A DNA stretch of 64,000 nucleotides from Trichodelitschia bisporula. Taxonomy: Eukaryota. The first letter of the stretch is position 1; each line of letters starts with the position of its first letter. The DNA lies in the NCBI GenBank assembly GCA_010356995.1, contig ML996695.1, positions 381,061-445,060 of the forward strand. Reading direction: 5' to 3'. The notes beneath the pieces were generated by a model, which worked only from the letters and a program-made list of their open reading frames with translations, was not told the origin of the DNA and did not search any database. Of this stretch, positions 36,946 through 50,668 are shown one piece after another. The translations under genes and the position numbers were made by a program.

Positions 36946-37451
36946 AGCGAGTTCACGACTTCGACTCTGGACGACGTGCCGGATATCGCACGACCACCCT
37001 CAAGAAGCTTGTGTACGACACGCAGTGGTGAAGATCGATGGGGCGATAGACGCTGCCATCATTGTGTATTCAGTGTATTCTTATGGCTTTACGGTGTATA
37101 TTTGGGCACATAGAAGGCGTTCGGACATCATGAGCATCTTTGTGGGAAAGTGCAATGAGGATGCCAAACTCTTTGGAAGTCATCATCTGCGCCATCGGTT
37201 TGTCTCGTCTTGACGTTTTTCGATTGTGAGCGTTACGACGCGCGGCTGCTGTTTATCGAGGGCCCTGTGTTTGCTCATTTTGGGGGCTTGGAAGTTGCAG
37301 CTCACCCACTTCACCACCACACCACCACCACCCTTTCTCATTCCGCCGTTTGTACATCGAGTCTCCAACAACTTTTCTACCTCTTTTTTATGCCCATCGG
37401 CTCTGCAACCCCCTCACAAAATTTCAAGTCATAGCGCTTCCGGAGATCACC

Positions 37452-39244
37452 ATGTTCCGTAGATTCGTTGCTTCGTTCCCTAAAGATCCCGTCTTCAAGG
37501 CGGACATGAAGACTCTGGGCTACCAGATAAATGAAAAGGACCAAATCCGCAGCATCGAGAAGCCCGATCAGCCCTACAACTTCTTCATTACAGGCAACGA
37601 GCGCTACAATGAGGTACATCGCGAGGCCCTGCACAGTAAGTTACTGCGTTAAACCATTACCTGACGGGTTATCTGACATCATCGGACAGTCTGTGTGCGC
37701 CATGTTGTATCCAAGCGCATGGCCGAGCTGGGTGTCGCCCCGCACTACCTACCGGATTGCACTACGACGAAGCCGGACGGCCCTCACATTCCAATCTTCA
37801 TGACGGCGCCGGAGATCCTGAAGACAAAGAAGTGCATCATCGTCATTGCCGGTGATATCACGAAAGACTTGGGTATCTTCTCCTACCGCAAGGTTAACGG
37901 CGATGACGGAATTGACAGCGGAACATGTATTGCCGTCGTGAAGGAGCTCAAGCGCCTGTCCGAAGAGAATTGTGACGAGGAGCCAGGCGTCATTGTGCTC
38001 AACACCGGCGGGCTGCTCTACTCGTGGAAGGAGAATTCCGCCATGACGATGGAAACCTGGCAGGCGCGCAAGCGCAAGTCTGCCTTCCATCCTGCCATCC
38101 ACGACGACCTTGTACACAATCGTTTGGCCGGCAACCGCACCACGGAGGAGCATGTCGGATACGTTTTTGAGAACGTCATCGGCAATGCGAAGTTCGTCAA
38201 TCCGGGCGCCAAGGTCTATCTTGTCGGGATTGAATCTGGAGGGGACAGCGCGATTGACTTTTTTAAAGGTCGTGGTATGTAGCATTCGTGCCATTTGTGT
38301 GACCTGATTAACTTGTTTTAGGCGAGTCGTTCATTCCTCGTGTGGCAGCCATTGCTCTGATGGAGCCGTTCCACTATGCCGATCTCCCTTCGAAGATGAA
38401 GACCTGGCTCGAGCAGCGTGCGCGCGCCTGGACTGTTTGCGCAGGCGAGATAAACACCTGTGTGGCGGTCCCGACTCGCGACGGACAGCCCAAGGACCGA
38501 GAGGAGCTGCTCGGGCCGTACGATCTTCCCAATGCTATGTGTCCGGTCTTTTCCTCGACCGAACCCATGTTTATGGAGCTCGTCTTTCCGACTGTCTACA
38601 AGGAGGTCCTGAAATGGTTCGCGAAGGTGGCGGAGAACGAGGAGGACTACTGCAACCCACCGTTTGAGGCAGTAGCATACAATGAGCCTGAGAGACCGTA
38701 TGAGCCGTACGAGCATCCTGATGAGGACGAGAACGAGGATAGCAAGCCTGAGGACAACAAGGTCGAGGAGAGCGCAGCCAAGGAGAGCAAGTCTGAGGAT
38801 AAGCCGATGAAGGACGAACTCGACGAGAGCAAGTTGAAAGACGGCAACAACGAAGAGGCTTCGTCTGCTCCGACCAAACCCCCCCAAGCTGACTCCGTCG
38901 GCACGGAATCCAAGCAGATCACGGAGCCAAACCTTGAGGAGCCCGTGGCCGCCGAACCGCAAGGCCTCACCATCGAACCAGCTAACATCCCGCTCCCGGC
39001 CACTCCTGCCCCAGGCGAGTCTGGCCGTTCAACAGCCACCGCTCACCACCCCATGAACGATGCAGACCTCTTCAATAACATCCCCTCGCCTAACTTTGCA
39101 TCTACCCCCCTGCTCCCCTCCATATACGCCGGCGACACGCCGCTGTACACGCCGCCCAGCCTCGCCGCCGAGACCGGGAAAGGCTTGCACGCTACGGATC
39201 CGGGTGCCGACGACGCCGCGCCCACTGCTGATGAGCGGACCTAG
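37452..39244 (+). CDS. ARB2: Arb2-domain protein (Argonaute siRNA chaperone subunit-like), 3 exons
   Basis: MFRR..FPKDPVFKADMKTLGYQINEKDQIR...NERYNEVHREAL, DLGIFSYR, PGVIVLNTG, NRLAGNRTTEEHVGYVF; introns approx. 37636-37689 and 38275-38321. Confidence 0.82.
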
Positions 39245-40365
39245 CCCTATCGCAGTGATTAGGCGGGCGATCACGATTATTCGCGCGGCTCAGGCTATGG
39301 TCCAGGTGCTAAATTTACTACTGCCCAGACGTCGAGAGTGCGAACGTGATCGTGGGACTAGGGGTCTTATTGTGTAGATCGGGATCGGTGGAGGGTCGGT
39401 ATGGACTTGCTCTTATGGAGTGGTTACGTGGATAGTAGAGCGTATGACGTTTCTACTTGCCGAGTGAGTGTGATCTGATGTGCGCGACGTAAGCCTGTTC
39501 CCGACGCTGCGGGCAGCGGCCTGGTTGGATGTCAAACGAGTATTCTCGGTCTTTGATACACCGAGTAGTAAAGGGTCCCCCCCACTTCCAGGTGTCGGGT
39601 ATATGACCCCGATAGTGCCCAGCCCCTCCCGGGCCAGCAAGGCTGAAGCCCGCTCTGGGCGGGGGGGCGCAAAGCGGCTCCCTGGCAGCCTCTCACCGTG
39701 CCGTGGGGGCATATGTACATAGTAGCCGTAGATGACAGCGGCCAGATGATGTGTAAGCACGGATCGCCACCTTGACTGAGCGTCGGGGTTGGCATGTCTG
39801 ATGCGGCGATGTCGCCGCTGTGTTGCGGCGTTTGGTTGGTCAGGTGAGATGAAAGCTTCTAGAAGGGTACCGAGTTTGGTTCGGGTTGTTTATGGTGCTT
39901 TTACTTGCGGGATGGAGGGCTGGGCGTGGTGTGCTTAGGGGCAGCGTGGGGGTGGGGGCGTGCCTGTGATGGTGAGAGGCACGGCACGGAAAACTGTGAT
40001 CGTAAGGCTGGAAGCATGTAGATTCCACGCTCATTACATACGTGCCGTCGGGGATACGCGAGGTCGTGCTTGCGCCTCGCGACCCAAAAGCGGTGCTCAC
40101 TATCCTATCCTACAGTCGAGACCCGCCCGTGCTCATGCCGTCTCGTGGTATCAGTATCGCAAGAAAAGCCTTTTCCAAAGTTTCCATATCCTGCGCCGTG
40201 CCGCGCCGTGGCATGCCTGCCGTCTAGTGTCCTTTCCCTTTCCCATGTTTGTCCATTCCGTTCCGTTTCGCTGTGCGCCGGTTGTATGCAATGCTGCGGT
40301 GTCGAACCGCAAAAACGAGTCCCCCGTCTCATCCCCCTCTTGCCAGTGATTCCGGCGCGCCATCA

Positions 40366-41767
40366 TCAATACCCCACCGGCTTCGTCCCAAACTCCAAAC
40401 TCGCCGGACTAGCCCCCCCCTCCTCCCCCTCCTTCCCCGTCCACAGCCGATGCGTAGATCCCGTCTCATCCGGCACCGCAAGGCCAGGAACAGTCGGACT
40501 CTCCCTCCTCCTCTTCGCCGCCGCCTTCTCCTCCTCCGTCATCGGATGACTTCTCACCTCCACCGTCGTATGCTGCTTAATATTCACAAACCCGAGCGGA
40601 TCAGGACTGTTAATCGCGAGCCCAGCGCCGCGATCATCCAAGGTGCCAGGCATCCCGCCGTAGCTCTTGTCGACGAAGAAAATGACCTCGCCCTCGGGAC
40701 TGTCGGGCACGTACTCGCAGCGCGTTTCGGTGCCGAAGGGGTCTTTGCCGCCCCAGGGGACGCGGAAGGTTTCTAGCCCGCCGGTGTCTGGGGGCGGTTC
40801 GTCGGAGAAGAGCATGATGCGCCGGGTGATGCTGTACAGAATGACGTCGAGCCAGCCGTTGGATGTGATCATCCCGCCCGCCAGGCAGAAGAAGGTGTAC
40901 TTGGGGTAGCGCTCGTGGCCGCCCATGCTGTACAGACGTAGAGTGACGAGCGGCAGCGTGCACACGACGTACACAACCGGATACACAACCATAAGTTTCG
41001 CGGCTTTCCGCGCATGACGCGCCTGCGTCTTGCTAGCGTAGAAATTGCCCTGCAAGCGCGAGCGCACACAGATGTACAGAGCGATGTAAATAAACGCCGT
41101 GCCAAATTCAAATAGGATGATCCAGAAGTAGTGCAGCCAGAGCCGGATCTTCTGGTACTTGGCGTTGACCCAGCACCAGCTCACGGCGCGGACGTAGAGT
41201 TGCGGGTGCTGCGCTACACCGGCGACGGCGGTGCCGTAGATGAAGAGCCAGATTGCGATGATGGTTAGGAGGAAGGATTTTGTGCTGAGGCGGTAGTCGA
41301 AGAGGACGGTTGCGAAGGTGTGCAGGCCGATGGCGAAGCAGAAGGCTCCGGAGCCCATGTCGCCGGTTGAGACGAACCTGAAGGATCAGCCTGAGATCGA
41401 GTGGAGTGGGGGCGGATCGAGTCTGGCATCACACGACTACATACCAGCCTTGAGCCCAACATGTCGCCGTTCCCACTTCAATCGAGTCCTTGACGAGCCA
41501 TCTTGCATTCAACACAAAGGCAATCGACTGTTGCAGATCCGCACACAAGAGGTTGTAGATGAGGATGACAAACTGGTTGATATGTCGTGACTTGCGCTGC
41601 CAAGTGATGATACGATATGTCAAGAGGACGAGAAGCGTGAGTGTGCTGAGAAACGAGAGGAACCCGAGCACCGCGACTGGAATTAGACCTCTCGCCAGGC
41701 TCTCGGGGAGCGGGGTCAGCGAGCCGGCGAAGCGCTCCTCCACGGCCGGAGGAATCCGAGGCGGCAT
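40366..41767 (-). CDS. Git3/Gpr1-type (GprC/D-like) G-protein-coupled receptor; intron 41378-41444
   Basis: Seven hydrophobic segments; NQFVILIYNLLCADLQQS, CWAQGWFVSTGD, WCWVN, LWLHYFW, YPVVYVVCTLP, GWLDVILYSITR. Confidence 0.9.
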
Positions 41768-44700
41768 CGTGGTGTATGGTGCACGATGGGAGCCCACGGA
41801 AGGCGTAATCGCTCGCGACTACGACGGGAGGGCAAGACTTCTGGGACTTGTGCGCATGGTTGAAGGCCGACCAAAGATCCTGCGAAGGAGTGTGGATGGT
41901 AAGGTGTGGTGATGGTGGTTGTGGTGGCGTATTCAAGGCGAATGATATGCCTTGCGAGGAACAACGGTACCAAAGGCTAGCGGCTTTAATTCCCAAGGGT
42001 GAGGCTATGGACCGCTATAAGAATGGAGCCCAGCTTGTCGAAAGAGGAAACGGTCGACGGATGATGGGTGAGGGGCCAGACAGACACGAGAGGCGGAGAC
42101 GGAGTATTGTGCAGCTATGGGCCAAAGCCGCCAAACGCGATATAGGCGGACACTGGCCTTAATGCACCAAAGGGAAATACCCAGCAATGCGCATTGTTAC
42201 AAACTTACAACGCCGTCCAGTGGACCTAGCGCCCGGTAGGGAATAAGCCGAAGTTAATCTACCCGAGGGTGCGCAGAACGTGACAGAGAACGCTTCTTCC
42301 TGGCTTATCCATGATCCACATCCCGGGGGGACTCTGAGGACATGGATTCGGACCCCCCGGTTCCAGCTGTCAAGGAAGAGCTTGACGCTTTGCGGTAGTA
42401 AGAGGTCTACTGGCGGAGAGGTAAGGGCTAGAGATGTTGGATCGAAAGGCGGACAGCCGTGCGTGACAGCTTGTGGGATACTGTTCCGATACGGCGTATT
42501 CTCCGGTCCGGCTGTTGGTTTGCTGGGTGTCGAAAACTCCGCAATCATCCCCTTCTTCGTCCCCACATGGCTATCTTACCGCATGCATGGCGCTGCAGCT
42601 ACCACCGCTGTCAGCAGCGGACTACCGAGCCAGTGTCGTCATTCGCCATTCGTCACTCCCACATGCGCCGCCACGATCGATGCAACGGTCTCTCCCAGGT
42701 ATGGCGGCGTCCAGAAAGGAAGCTGGCAAGCGCGGGGCGGCGACAAGCCTTTCGTATCCGTGCTGGGCGTCAGCCACGGTGTCTGGCATCCGCCTGGTCC
42801 GGCTGAGCACGTTTCGCTCATCAGCGGCTGAAGGACGGAGAGAGAAGAGCGGCGATTCACGACGGGGGAGCCTGGGGGGAGACAACGGTCGGAGTTGAGC
42901 TTCATTGCAGGGTGGAGATGCAGGCTTCCAGAAGGTCTGGCACGGTTCTACCCCCAGTCTCTGTGGAAGAGTCAAGGCGTCTCACACTGGGCGTCAAGCC
43001 TTGGGACAAGACTTGTCGCAGGGAAGCCTGGATAACGGAGGCCTGCTGTTACTGGGGGAAGATAGAGTGCTGCAGGGCTGGCTGAGTCGGTTCAGTGCCG
43101 CACTGGCGGCTAAAGAGACAAGATTGTGAGAATTTGTCACCATAGCATCATGAGTATGTAGTGGTGTAGAAGGATTGCAGAGGTTGTCGTCGTTCTTCTC
43201 TTCCTTCCCCAGTGGCGCTGCGGAGGCTGAGATAACCTCCCGAGATGTGGCTTCGCGTAGCCCTGTGGCGTCCCACTATGACGCTACGTCTGACCTTCAG
43301 TTCTTCAACACCACGACGCCTCTCATCACAGCCTTTATCACCACTTTATTTCGCTGCTGTTGGTCTTACCTTCATCCTTCATCTACCATCCATTTTCTTT
43401 GTTGACTGTGCATCAGCCACCGTCTCTAAGAGAATTGCATTATGAAGACTTCCCGTCCGCACAGCCTCTGCCCTCCTCCCATTTGCCGCCCGAACAATAT
43501 GAGCCCGAAAAGCTACAACCAACTGTAACTAATGGCTGAACCGGAAAAAGTGTCAAAGAAGCACGTTCTCGGCCTGTGCGCCGATAGAGCTGATCATATC
43601 ATCAACGTGTCCAACGGTCCAGACGACGCGACATGCCGAGACACGCTGTGTCGCACTCTTTGTTTGCGGGTATCAGCGTCCAGCAACTTCAGCCTCCAAT
43701 TTCATCATCTGTCCTTTCAAAGTTTGGATATGCCCTCCATCTCAGTATCGCACTGACGCAGTTTCTCGTCATGTTGTTCGAAGAGTGACGTCCACGGAGG
43801 CCGTTGATCGACCGAGAAGCGAGTGACGAGCATAGAATCTACCTTCCTAAGCGCGTCATTCAGTATCTAAGTTTTGACACCACGTTACGAACTGTTTGAG
43901 AGCAGCTTTGGTCTCACCCTACAACTTTTGTAAACCAATTCCCCTCAGCACCGCGAGCCCACAAACCATTGCATCTAGACCCACGCCCATAACCGCAGAG
44001 CATATACACCGCGTCCGCATCCCCGCCCAACCTCCAAAACAGACCGGAGAATCTCAAATCTCCAGCCGGAGCGTTTTGTTCCCCCGCCTAAAGCTTCAGC
44101 GCATCACCAGCACGGCCACAGCCTTCGGGTGCGCTCCCCTATCGCTAGACCATTTCACCCTCATCCTTTCTCCTCCCTGGACCCGCGCATGCTAGGAGCC
44201 GATAGACTCCATTCCCACGCCCCCGGGCTTCGGCCGTTTGCCGTGCCACATCCCCAACCCAACGGGCCGCCATCCTGCCTACAACCGTCGGCACATGGCC
44301 TTTGTACAAGACCCGCAACTGCCGAAAAGCAGAACATCCTCGCCCGTATCTGTAAGCTGCCGACTCGCCTCGTATTTCTCCCTGTTGATAAATAACACTG
44401 ATCCCCATAGCCGGGTAGCATGAATGATCCTCGGGCCGTGAACCTAAATCATAATGAAATTCCAAACCCATCCCAATCAGCCTACGCATTCTAGAACTAA
44501 ATCCCCCATGCTGATAATCCATCCTCTCATTCGAACCCCAAAAACATCAACACACATGTAACCAGCGGGAAATCCCGCCCCCCTCTTCTTTCCCCATCCC
44601 TTCACCTCTGCCGATCAAACCGCACGGACCACTCCGCGAGGCTGGACTTGCTGCATGATGCCCAGAGGCCAGGTGTCGCACCAGCGGGGAAGCTTTGTCG

Positions 44701-45314
44701 CGGCGGTTGTGCGGCGAAGCTTCGCGATCGATTGTGAAGCGCGGCGGAGTGCTTGGTGGAGTGCTAAGCTTCGGAGTGTAGGAACAGTTTCAGAGCGTGG
44801 AGATGGGGAAGGAAAACCAGGGGCAGGAGGGAAAGCTTGGTAGGAGGGAGTACGGACGTATGGCTTGAGGGTTGCGTGGCCTGGGATCCGGGCGGGGATC
44901 GACCACCGCATGGCGAAGAGATGATTACTCACGCGGCGCAATGGCGGGAATCACTTTACTAGACCGATTGAGCATCTTTTACGAGACCTATCGAGCATCT
45001 ACAGAACTAGATACACGAGAGGTCCATGACGATCGACCTAGCTTGAACCATCCGCACGTTATCCAGTTTGAGCCTCTACCAGAATACGCAAGGGACGAAC
45101 CCATTCTAGCGACATCGGACCCAGAGAGTGCAAAGCCATCTTAACCCCTTTTAGCAGATCTATTGTGCGCCTACGATACCAGGCACACGAGAGGTCAACA
45201 ACACACAAACACAGCCCAAACCACCCACGCGATAGCCAGCCTGACCCACCGTCGGAATACCCACGAGGGATGAACCCATTCCAGCGGCATCAGACCCAAC
45301 CAGCGCGAAGCCAT

Positions 45315-47374
45315 CTAAACCACGTCGCGAGCATCCGAGATCCACTTCTTGCCACCCTTGACATCGTTCTCCTTCTTCTCTTCAGCCCTCTTCATGCCAA
45401 TCTTGCTCCACACAAGCTCCCTCGGAAAGTTCGGCGACGGAACCGGGGTCGCGATCGGACGATTGACGAAGCGGCGCGGAGCCGGCGTGGGCGTAATTAT
45501 TGGAGTACCAGTCAGGCTGATCAGAGTGTTCCCGCTCACACGCGGCGGCGTAAGCATCGCTGACCCCATGTTCGCCCCAGAGTATCCCCGCAGCAGACCA
45601 ATGCCCGACATCGCTGAAGAGGGCTCCGGAGTGGATGCCGCGGCCGGGCTCACGATCTGCGAGGTGCGGAAGGGGTTGCTGCTGGTGCGCTTGTCTGTGG
45701 ACGATGTGGTCGAAAAATGGTTACTCACGCGCTGGTCCGCAGGCATGATGTTGATAAACGGGTTGCTGCTCATGCGCTCGTCCGTAGACGAGATGGTCGA
45801 AAAGGGGTTGCTCGCGCGAGTGCCCTCGGACGGAGTAGTGGTGAACGGGTTGCTGGTACGCTTGTCCCCCACGAGCGTGCTCGCCCCGATGCTATCGTAC
45901 CGGCCATCGTATTTGAACGATGACTCGTCCATCGAGGTATTGTCTTCGTCACCGATCACAAAGACGTCGTCATCAAACGGATTGATGACGCGTGGCTTCT
46001 TCGCAACAGAGTCGCGGAAGGAGACGTTGGGTTCCGAGCGCAGGGACTGCAGCGGGATGCCGTGCTGCATGCACAGTTTGTCGAGTCCATCAGTGGTCGG
46101 CCCGGACGTGTGGAACGGAGAATCGACCATGTCGGCTGGATCGCCCGTGCGGAAGACCAAGTCGGGCAGGTCATCAGGTCCACCCGTGTGGTAGGCTACG
46201 TTAGTTGAAGTACGCGAACCCGATGTGCCCGATTCCTTGGTCCAGCGTTTGGGGATATAGTTCCCAAAGCGCTTCTTGTCGCGTGACCTATGGGAGCGGA
46301 GAACGCTGCGGCGCAAGTAGCCGTACACCAAAGAGTTGACCAGACCCGAGCAGGCGATAATGGCACCGCCAAAGCAGGTCACGATGAACTTCTGAGGGTG
46401 GTACGAACTGACGATACGGATCACCACGAGTGGGAGATTGAGTGTCAGGTACGCCACCGGACAGATGATCATGATCAGATCCGCGCGCGTCATACCGTTC
46501 CAGTTCTTCTGCTCACGTTCCAGAGAAATGAAGTTCATCCTGCTGTTTCCAGAATCCATGGCCGAGGTAATCTTGCGGCGCGTCTTGATTATGGACCTCC
46601 AGATGAACCCGTAAAGTGTGAAGGTCGCCAACACACCGAGTATCATCCAAATGTCGTGGAGGAACATGACATCCAGGCGGTAATGAGGATTGGCCCAGCA
46701 CTGTTAAGCGGTTAGCTGAAGGCCGTAATAGTATTTTGAGATATCGCAATAGTCGCTAGAGAAGGCCCGCCGTCTGCACTGTACGGAAAGAGTTGGCGGG
46801 GCTGTTACTTGCGGAGCGTGACGCCTCAGTAAGACACGAAATAGTGTCGCTTGTAGCTTACCCAAGACCCATTCAGGGCAAAGAAGTATTCTGGATGCAG
46901 AGCATAACCGATAGATGGCATCACAGCAGCGAATAGCCAGAGCGCGCCGATGCTCCAGCCCACAGCGCGATTGCTAACCGGAAAATACCACAGCACCGAG
47001 TTGGCAGTGCAGAGAGCAGTGGCACAGACGAAGAAGACCGAAGCCAAGTCGCCCATCATCGAGATGTAGCCCTGAACCTTGCACATACTCGACATGCTGA
47101 CAAGCTCCTTGGTGCGGAGCCAGTAGAAGCTCAGCGAGTATGACAGCGACTGAAGCAAGTTTGCGACCAGGATGTTGAAGAGCAAGAGGACTTGAACGAA
47201 ACCATGCGAGGTCTCGACATCCTTAAACCAACGTATGAGATTGTGCGCGACGTAGGCAATGGTCGGAACAGTGTGGATCGCCGCCCAGATCGAGATGACC
47301 GCGAGAATCATCAAGCATGACTGAGTCTCGATGGCGGGGACTGCCGCAGGGTGAAGCTCAGACGCGGAGGCCAT
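45315..47374 (-). CDS. Second, more divergent Git3/Gpr1-type GPCR with long C-tail; intron 46701-46861
   Basis: LLFNILVANLLQSLS, CKVQGYISMMGD, SW|CWANP, CPVAYLTLNLP, GLVNSLVYGY; intron GTAAGC...GCTAAC...CAG. Confidence 0.83.
45655..45870 (-). repeat. Coding tandem repeat (42-45 bp, 5 units) encoding R-x(1-2)-S-NPF motifs
   Basis: KRTSNPFTTTPSEG / TRASNPFSTISSTD / ERMSSNPFINIMPAD / QRVSNHFSTTSSTD / KRTSSNPFRT. Confidence 0.85.
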
Positions 47375-48123
47375 TGTGGCGACTGTGACGATAGCAAGGT
47401 AAAAGTGACGATTAATTGTGACGTGCAAAAGAGCACAAAAATGGTGTTGAGGATGGTTAGAAGTCAAAAGTTGCAAAAACCATTGAAGCAATACAATGGG
47501 AGAGGGAAAGGTTGGGTGCTGAATGTTTGGTGTTGAATGCTGGGTGTGAGCTCCAAGATTTTGTACTGTGCCGTACCCGTACAGTTTGCTTGGAGCCAGC
47601 GGCCCGACCATCTCAGTGCTTGGCACCTACCTCTCTCGTGGTGAAGAGGAAGTTGAGATGGTAAGAGTCTCCTGCTTTACGATGTCAGCTCATAATCATT
47701 GATGAAGAATGATGCTTATAGTATTGATGGCAAGATGGTATTTGGATAAGAGTATTCTGAGGACTTCCGTGGGCCATTGAAGCCAAAAGAGCACCATATC
47801 ACCAATATTGTGGGGCCTACTATCTAAAGTTTAGGTTGTCAAGTGAGTGGTTTGAAGTATCGCGGGTCACGACCGATATCGTCAGCGCGCTGTCACATGA
47901 TCCCAAAGTCAGGGTCAAAGCCGCCACAAGAACAAGCCACATTGAACCTCACTGTGGCTGACCCCAGAGGATTTACGGACACGGAGCTCTACAGTTGCTC
48001 GAGGAGCTCACGATCTTGTTTTCTCTGGATATAACCGCCCCAAACCTGCTTTGGAAGCTCCATACACAGCATCCCTGGGTCTGTACTCCCAGTCAGCCCT
48101 CCACATCGTCGCAACCCCCCACC

Positions 48124-50668
48124 ATGCCCGCCGCGACCTGCTTCGCTCCCGCGGCGCTCGACTCCCGTAAGCCATATTCTCAAGACCATTGCGTATCTCA
48201 GCGGGACATTGACCATGCGCAGTCGACTACGAGCCGCTTGACCACCTCAACGCTATCTTCTCCCATCCTTCCGCCCTCCCCGCTGTCTACGATATCGCCG
48301 ACGCCTTGACGGCATACCAAGATGACCTCGACGAGTCGATCGCCGGGTACGTCGCAGCACAGAGCTCATCCGACGCAGCGAGCGTGCGACGAATGCAAGA
48401 AGCCAAGTCCGAGCTCGCGGAGCTGTTTAAGAAGGTGGAGGGACTCCGCGAGCGCGCGACGCAGACCGAGCAGGCGATCACGGAGATGACGGCGGACATC
48501 AAGCGGCTGGACAACACCAAGCGCAATTTGACGCTGTCCATGACGGCACTGAAGCGTCTGCAGATGCTGACCACCGCGTACGATCAGCTGCGCGGCCTGA
48601 GCAAGACGCGGCAGTACCGCGAGTGCGCACAATTGCTGCAGGCGGTCATCCAGCTCATGGCGCACTTCAAGAGTTACCGCTCCATCGACCAGATCGCGAC
48701 GCTGAGTCGCAATGTCTCGGACTTGCAGCGTGAGTTGCTCGAACAGGTCTGCGAGGACTTCGAGATTTCGTTTGCGAAGAATGAGGTCGGGCAGCATCGC
48801 GCGACGCTGGCGGAGTCGTGCCTCGTCATGGATGCTCTGGGCGAGCACGCGAAGCAGCGCCTGATTACGTGGTACTGCAACACACAACTTCGCGAGTACC
48901 GCTCCATATTCCGGGGCAGCGACGAGGCTGGCTCACTTGACAACATCGCCCGGCGCTACTCATGGTGTAACCGTATGCTAAAGACGTACGACGCCGAGCA
49001 CGCGGCTATATTCCCAGCCCACTGGCGCGTCGGCGAGATGCTGGCCAATGCCTTCTGCGAGGGCACGCGCGACGACTTCAAGGCCATCCTGCAGCGCTCA
49101 ATTCAGCGTGCCGACGGGCAGACTCTGGACGTCAATCTCTTGTTGGCCGCCCTACAGGAGACGCTCAACTTCGAGCACAGCCTCGAGCGCCGCTTTGCCA
49201 GCGAGTCGCGACAGTCACAAGACACGATGACGTCGCGGGACGACCGGCCGCACGGCGTGGGGCAGATCATCTCTGAGGCATTTGAGCCGTACATGAGTCT
49301 TTGGGTCGAATCGCAGGACAAGCAGCTTGCGCAGCTGATCCCCAAATACCGGCAACAGCCGCTCCACAACCCTGACGAAGAATTCTCCCCGCAATCGGTC
49401 ATCCCTTCATCAACCGAGCTCTTCCATTTCTACCGCCTTGCGCTGGCGCAGTGCGCTAAACTCAGTACTGGAACCCGTCTCCTCGAGCTCTCTAAAACCT
49501 TTGGCAAGTACCTAGACCAGTACAGCCAAGCCGTACTTTTCTATTCTTTGACAGAGCGTAACCCTTCCATCGAAGACACAGTGCTCATCCTCAATACTGC
49601 TGACTACTGCTACGCAACCTGCACGCAGCTCGAAGAGAAGATAAAAGCCCGTATCGACGAGGACGTCCGTGCCTCCATCGACCTGCAATCTCAAGCTGAC
49701 GCCTTCATGGGCATAGCCAGCGCATGTGTACGGTCATTCGTGCGGCGTGTCGAAGTCGCTCTCGAACCCGCCCTACGCGAGATGCGTAACATGCCGTGGG
49801 GCCGGTTGGACTCGGTCGGCGATCAGAGCAGCTATGTCACCGAGATGCTACGGATCATCAAGGAATCCTGCACTGCGACCCTGCTCCTTCTCCACAAGCC
49901 ACAGTACGCCCGCGCATTCTGCGACCACGTTGTCGATGCCGTGGTCGGCCTGTTCCTCACCAGCGTGATGCAGTGCAAGCCGGTAGTGGAAGTCGGCGCG
50001 GAGCAAATGCTCCTCGACGCGTACACGCTGAAGAAGCCGCTTTTGGAACTCCCTACCCTCACCGCTCCCGGTACACAGCCACCCGCAGCGTATGTCCACC
50101 TTTCCTCTCTCACCCCCCCCTCCCTTTTGTACTCCCTCCTAACACTATCTGCAGGTTCACCAAGCGCGCCACAATCGCGCTCTCCAAGCTCGATCCCCTC
50201 CTCAAAACGCTCCAAGTCCGGCCCCACCCCCCCGAAGCCCTCGTCCAAGCCTATCTCATCCACATCGGCGACCGCAGCGAGGCGAATTTCCGCAAGGTGC
50301 TCGAGCTCAAGGGCGTGCGGCGGCCCGAGCATGCCGCGCTCGTTGACCTATTCAACGCGCACGCCGCGGGGTCGAGCTATGCGCATCTACCCGCTGCGAA
50401 CCCAGTGCTTGCCGGACTCACGCTTGCGCCGCCGCAGCCTAAGGAGGCGACTCTGGCCCCGCAACAACGGTTCGATGCCGGGGCGTTTGGCTCGGCGTTG
50501 ATTAATGTTGCCCGGGAAGGGGTGGATCGGTTTGGTAGCCCCGTGCTGGGTGGCGCGGGGCAGGGGAAGGAGGTGGAGGCCGGGACGCAGTTGAATGAGA
50601 ATTTGAAGAGTATTGGGAAGTTCTTTAGGAGGGATACCGGGTTTGGGCGGTTTGGGAGTAAGGGTTAG
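48124..50668 (+). CDS. VPS53: GARP complex subunit Vps53 (introns 48167-48222, 50090-50154)
   Basis: DYEPLDHLNAIFSHPS, ITEMTADIKRLDNTKRNLTLSMTALKRLQMLTTAY, SLDNIARRYSW, VGDQSSYV, AEQMLLD, NFRKVLELKG. Confidence 0.96.

Noticed and set aside
39225..39260. CTGATGAG hammerhead core
   Set aside because: It lies in the ARB2 coding end and has no matching GAAA or stems.
42159..43129. Cluster of 100-180-aa ORFs upstream of GPCR1
   Set aside because: Overlapping in several frames, no recognisable domain and no consistent splice structure.
43205..43270. TPP riboswitch-like fragments (CTGAGA...GCGTAG); the PDC-like gene leader was also checked
   Set aside because: The CUGAUC/GGAUAAUGCC core and the P2 pairing are missing.
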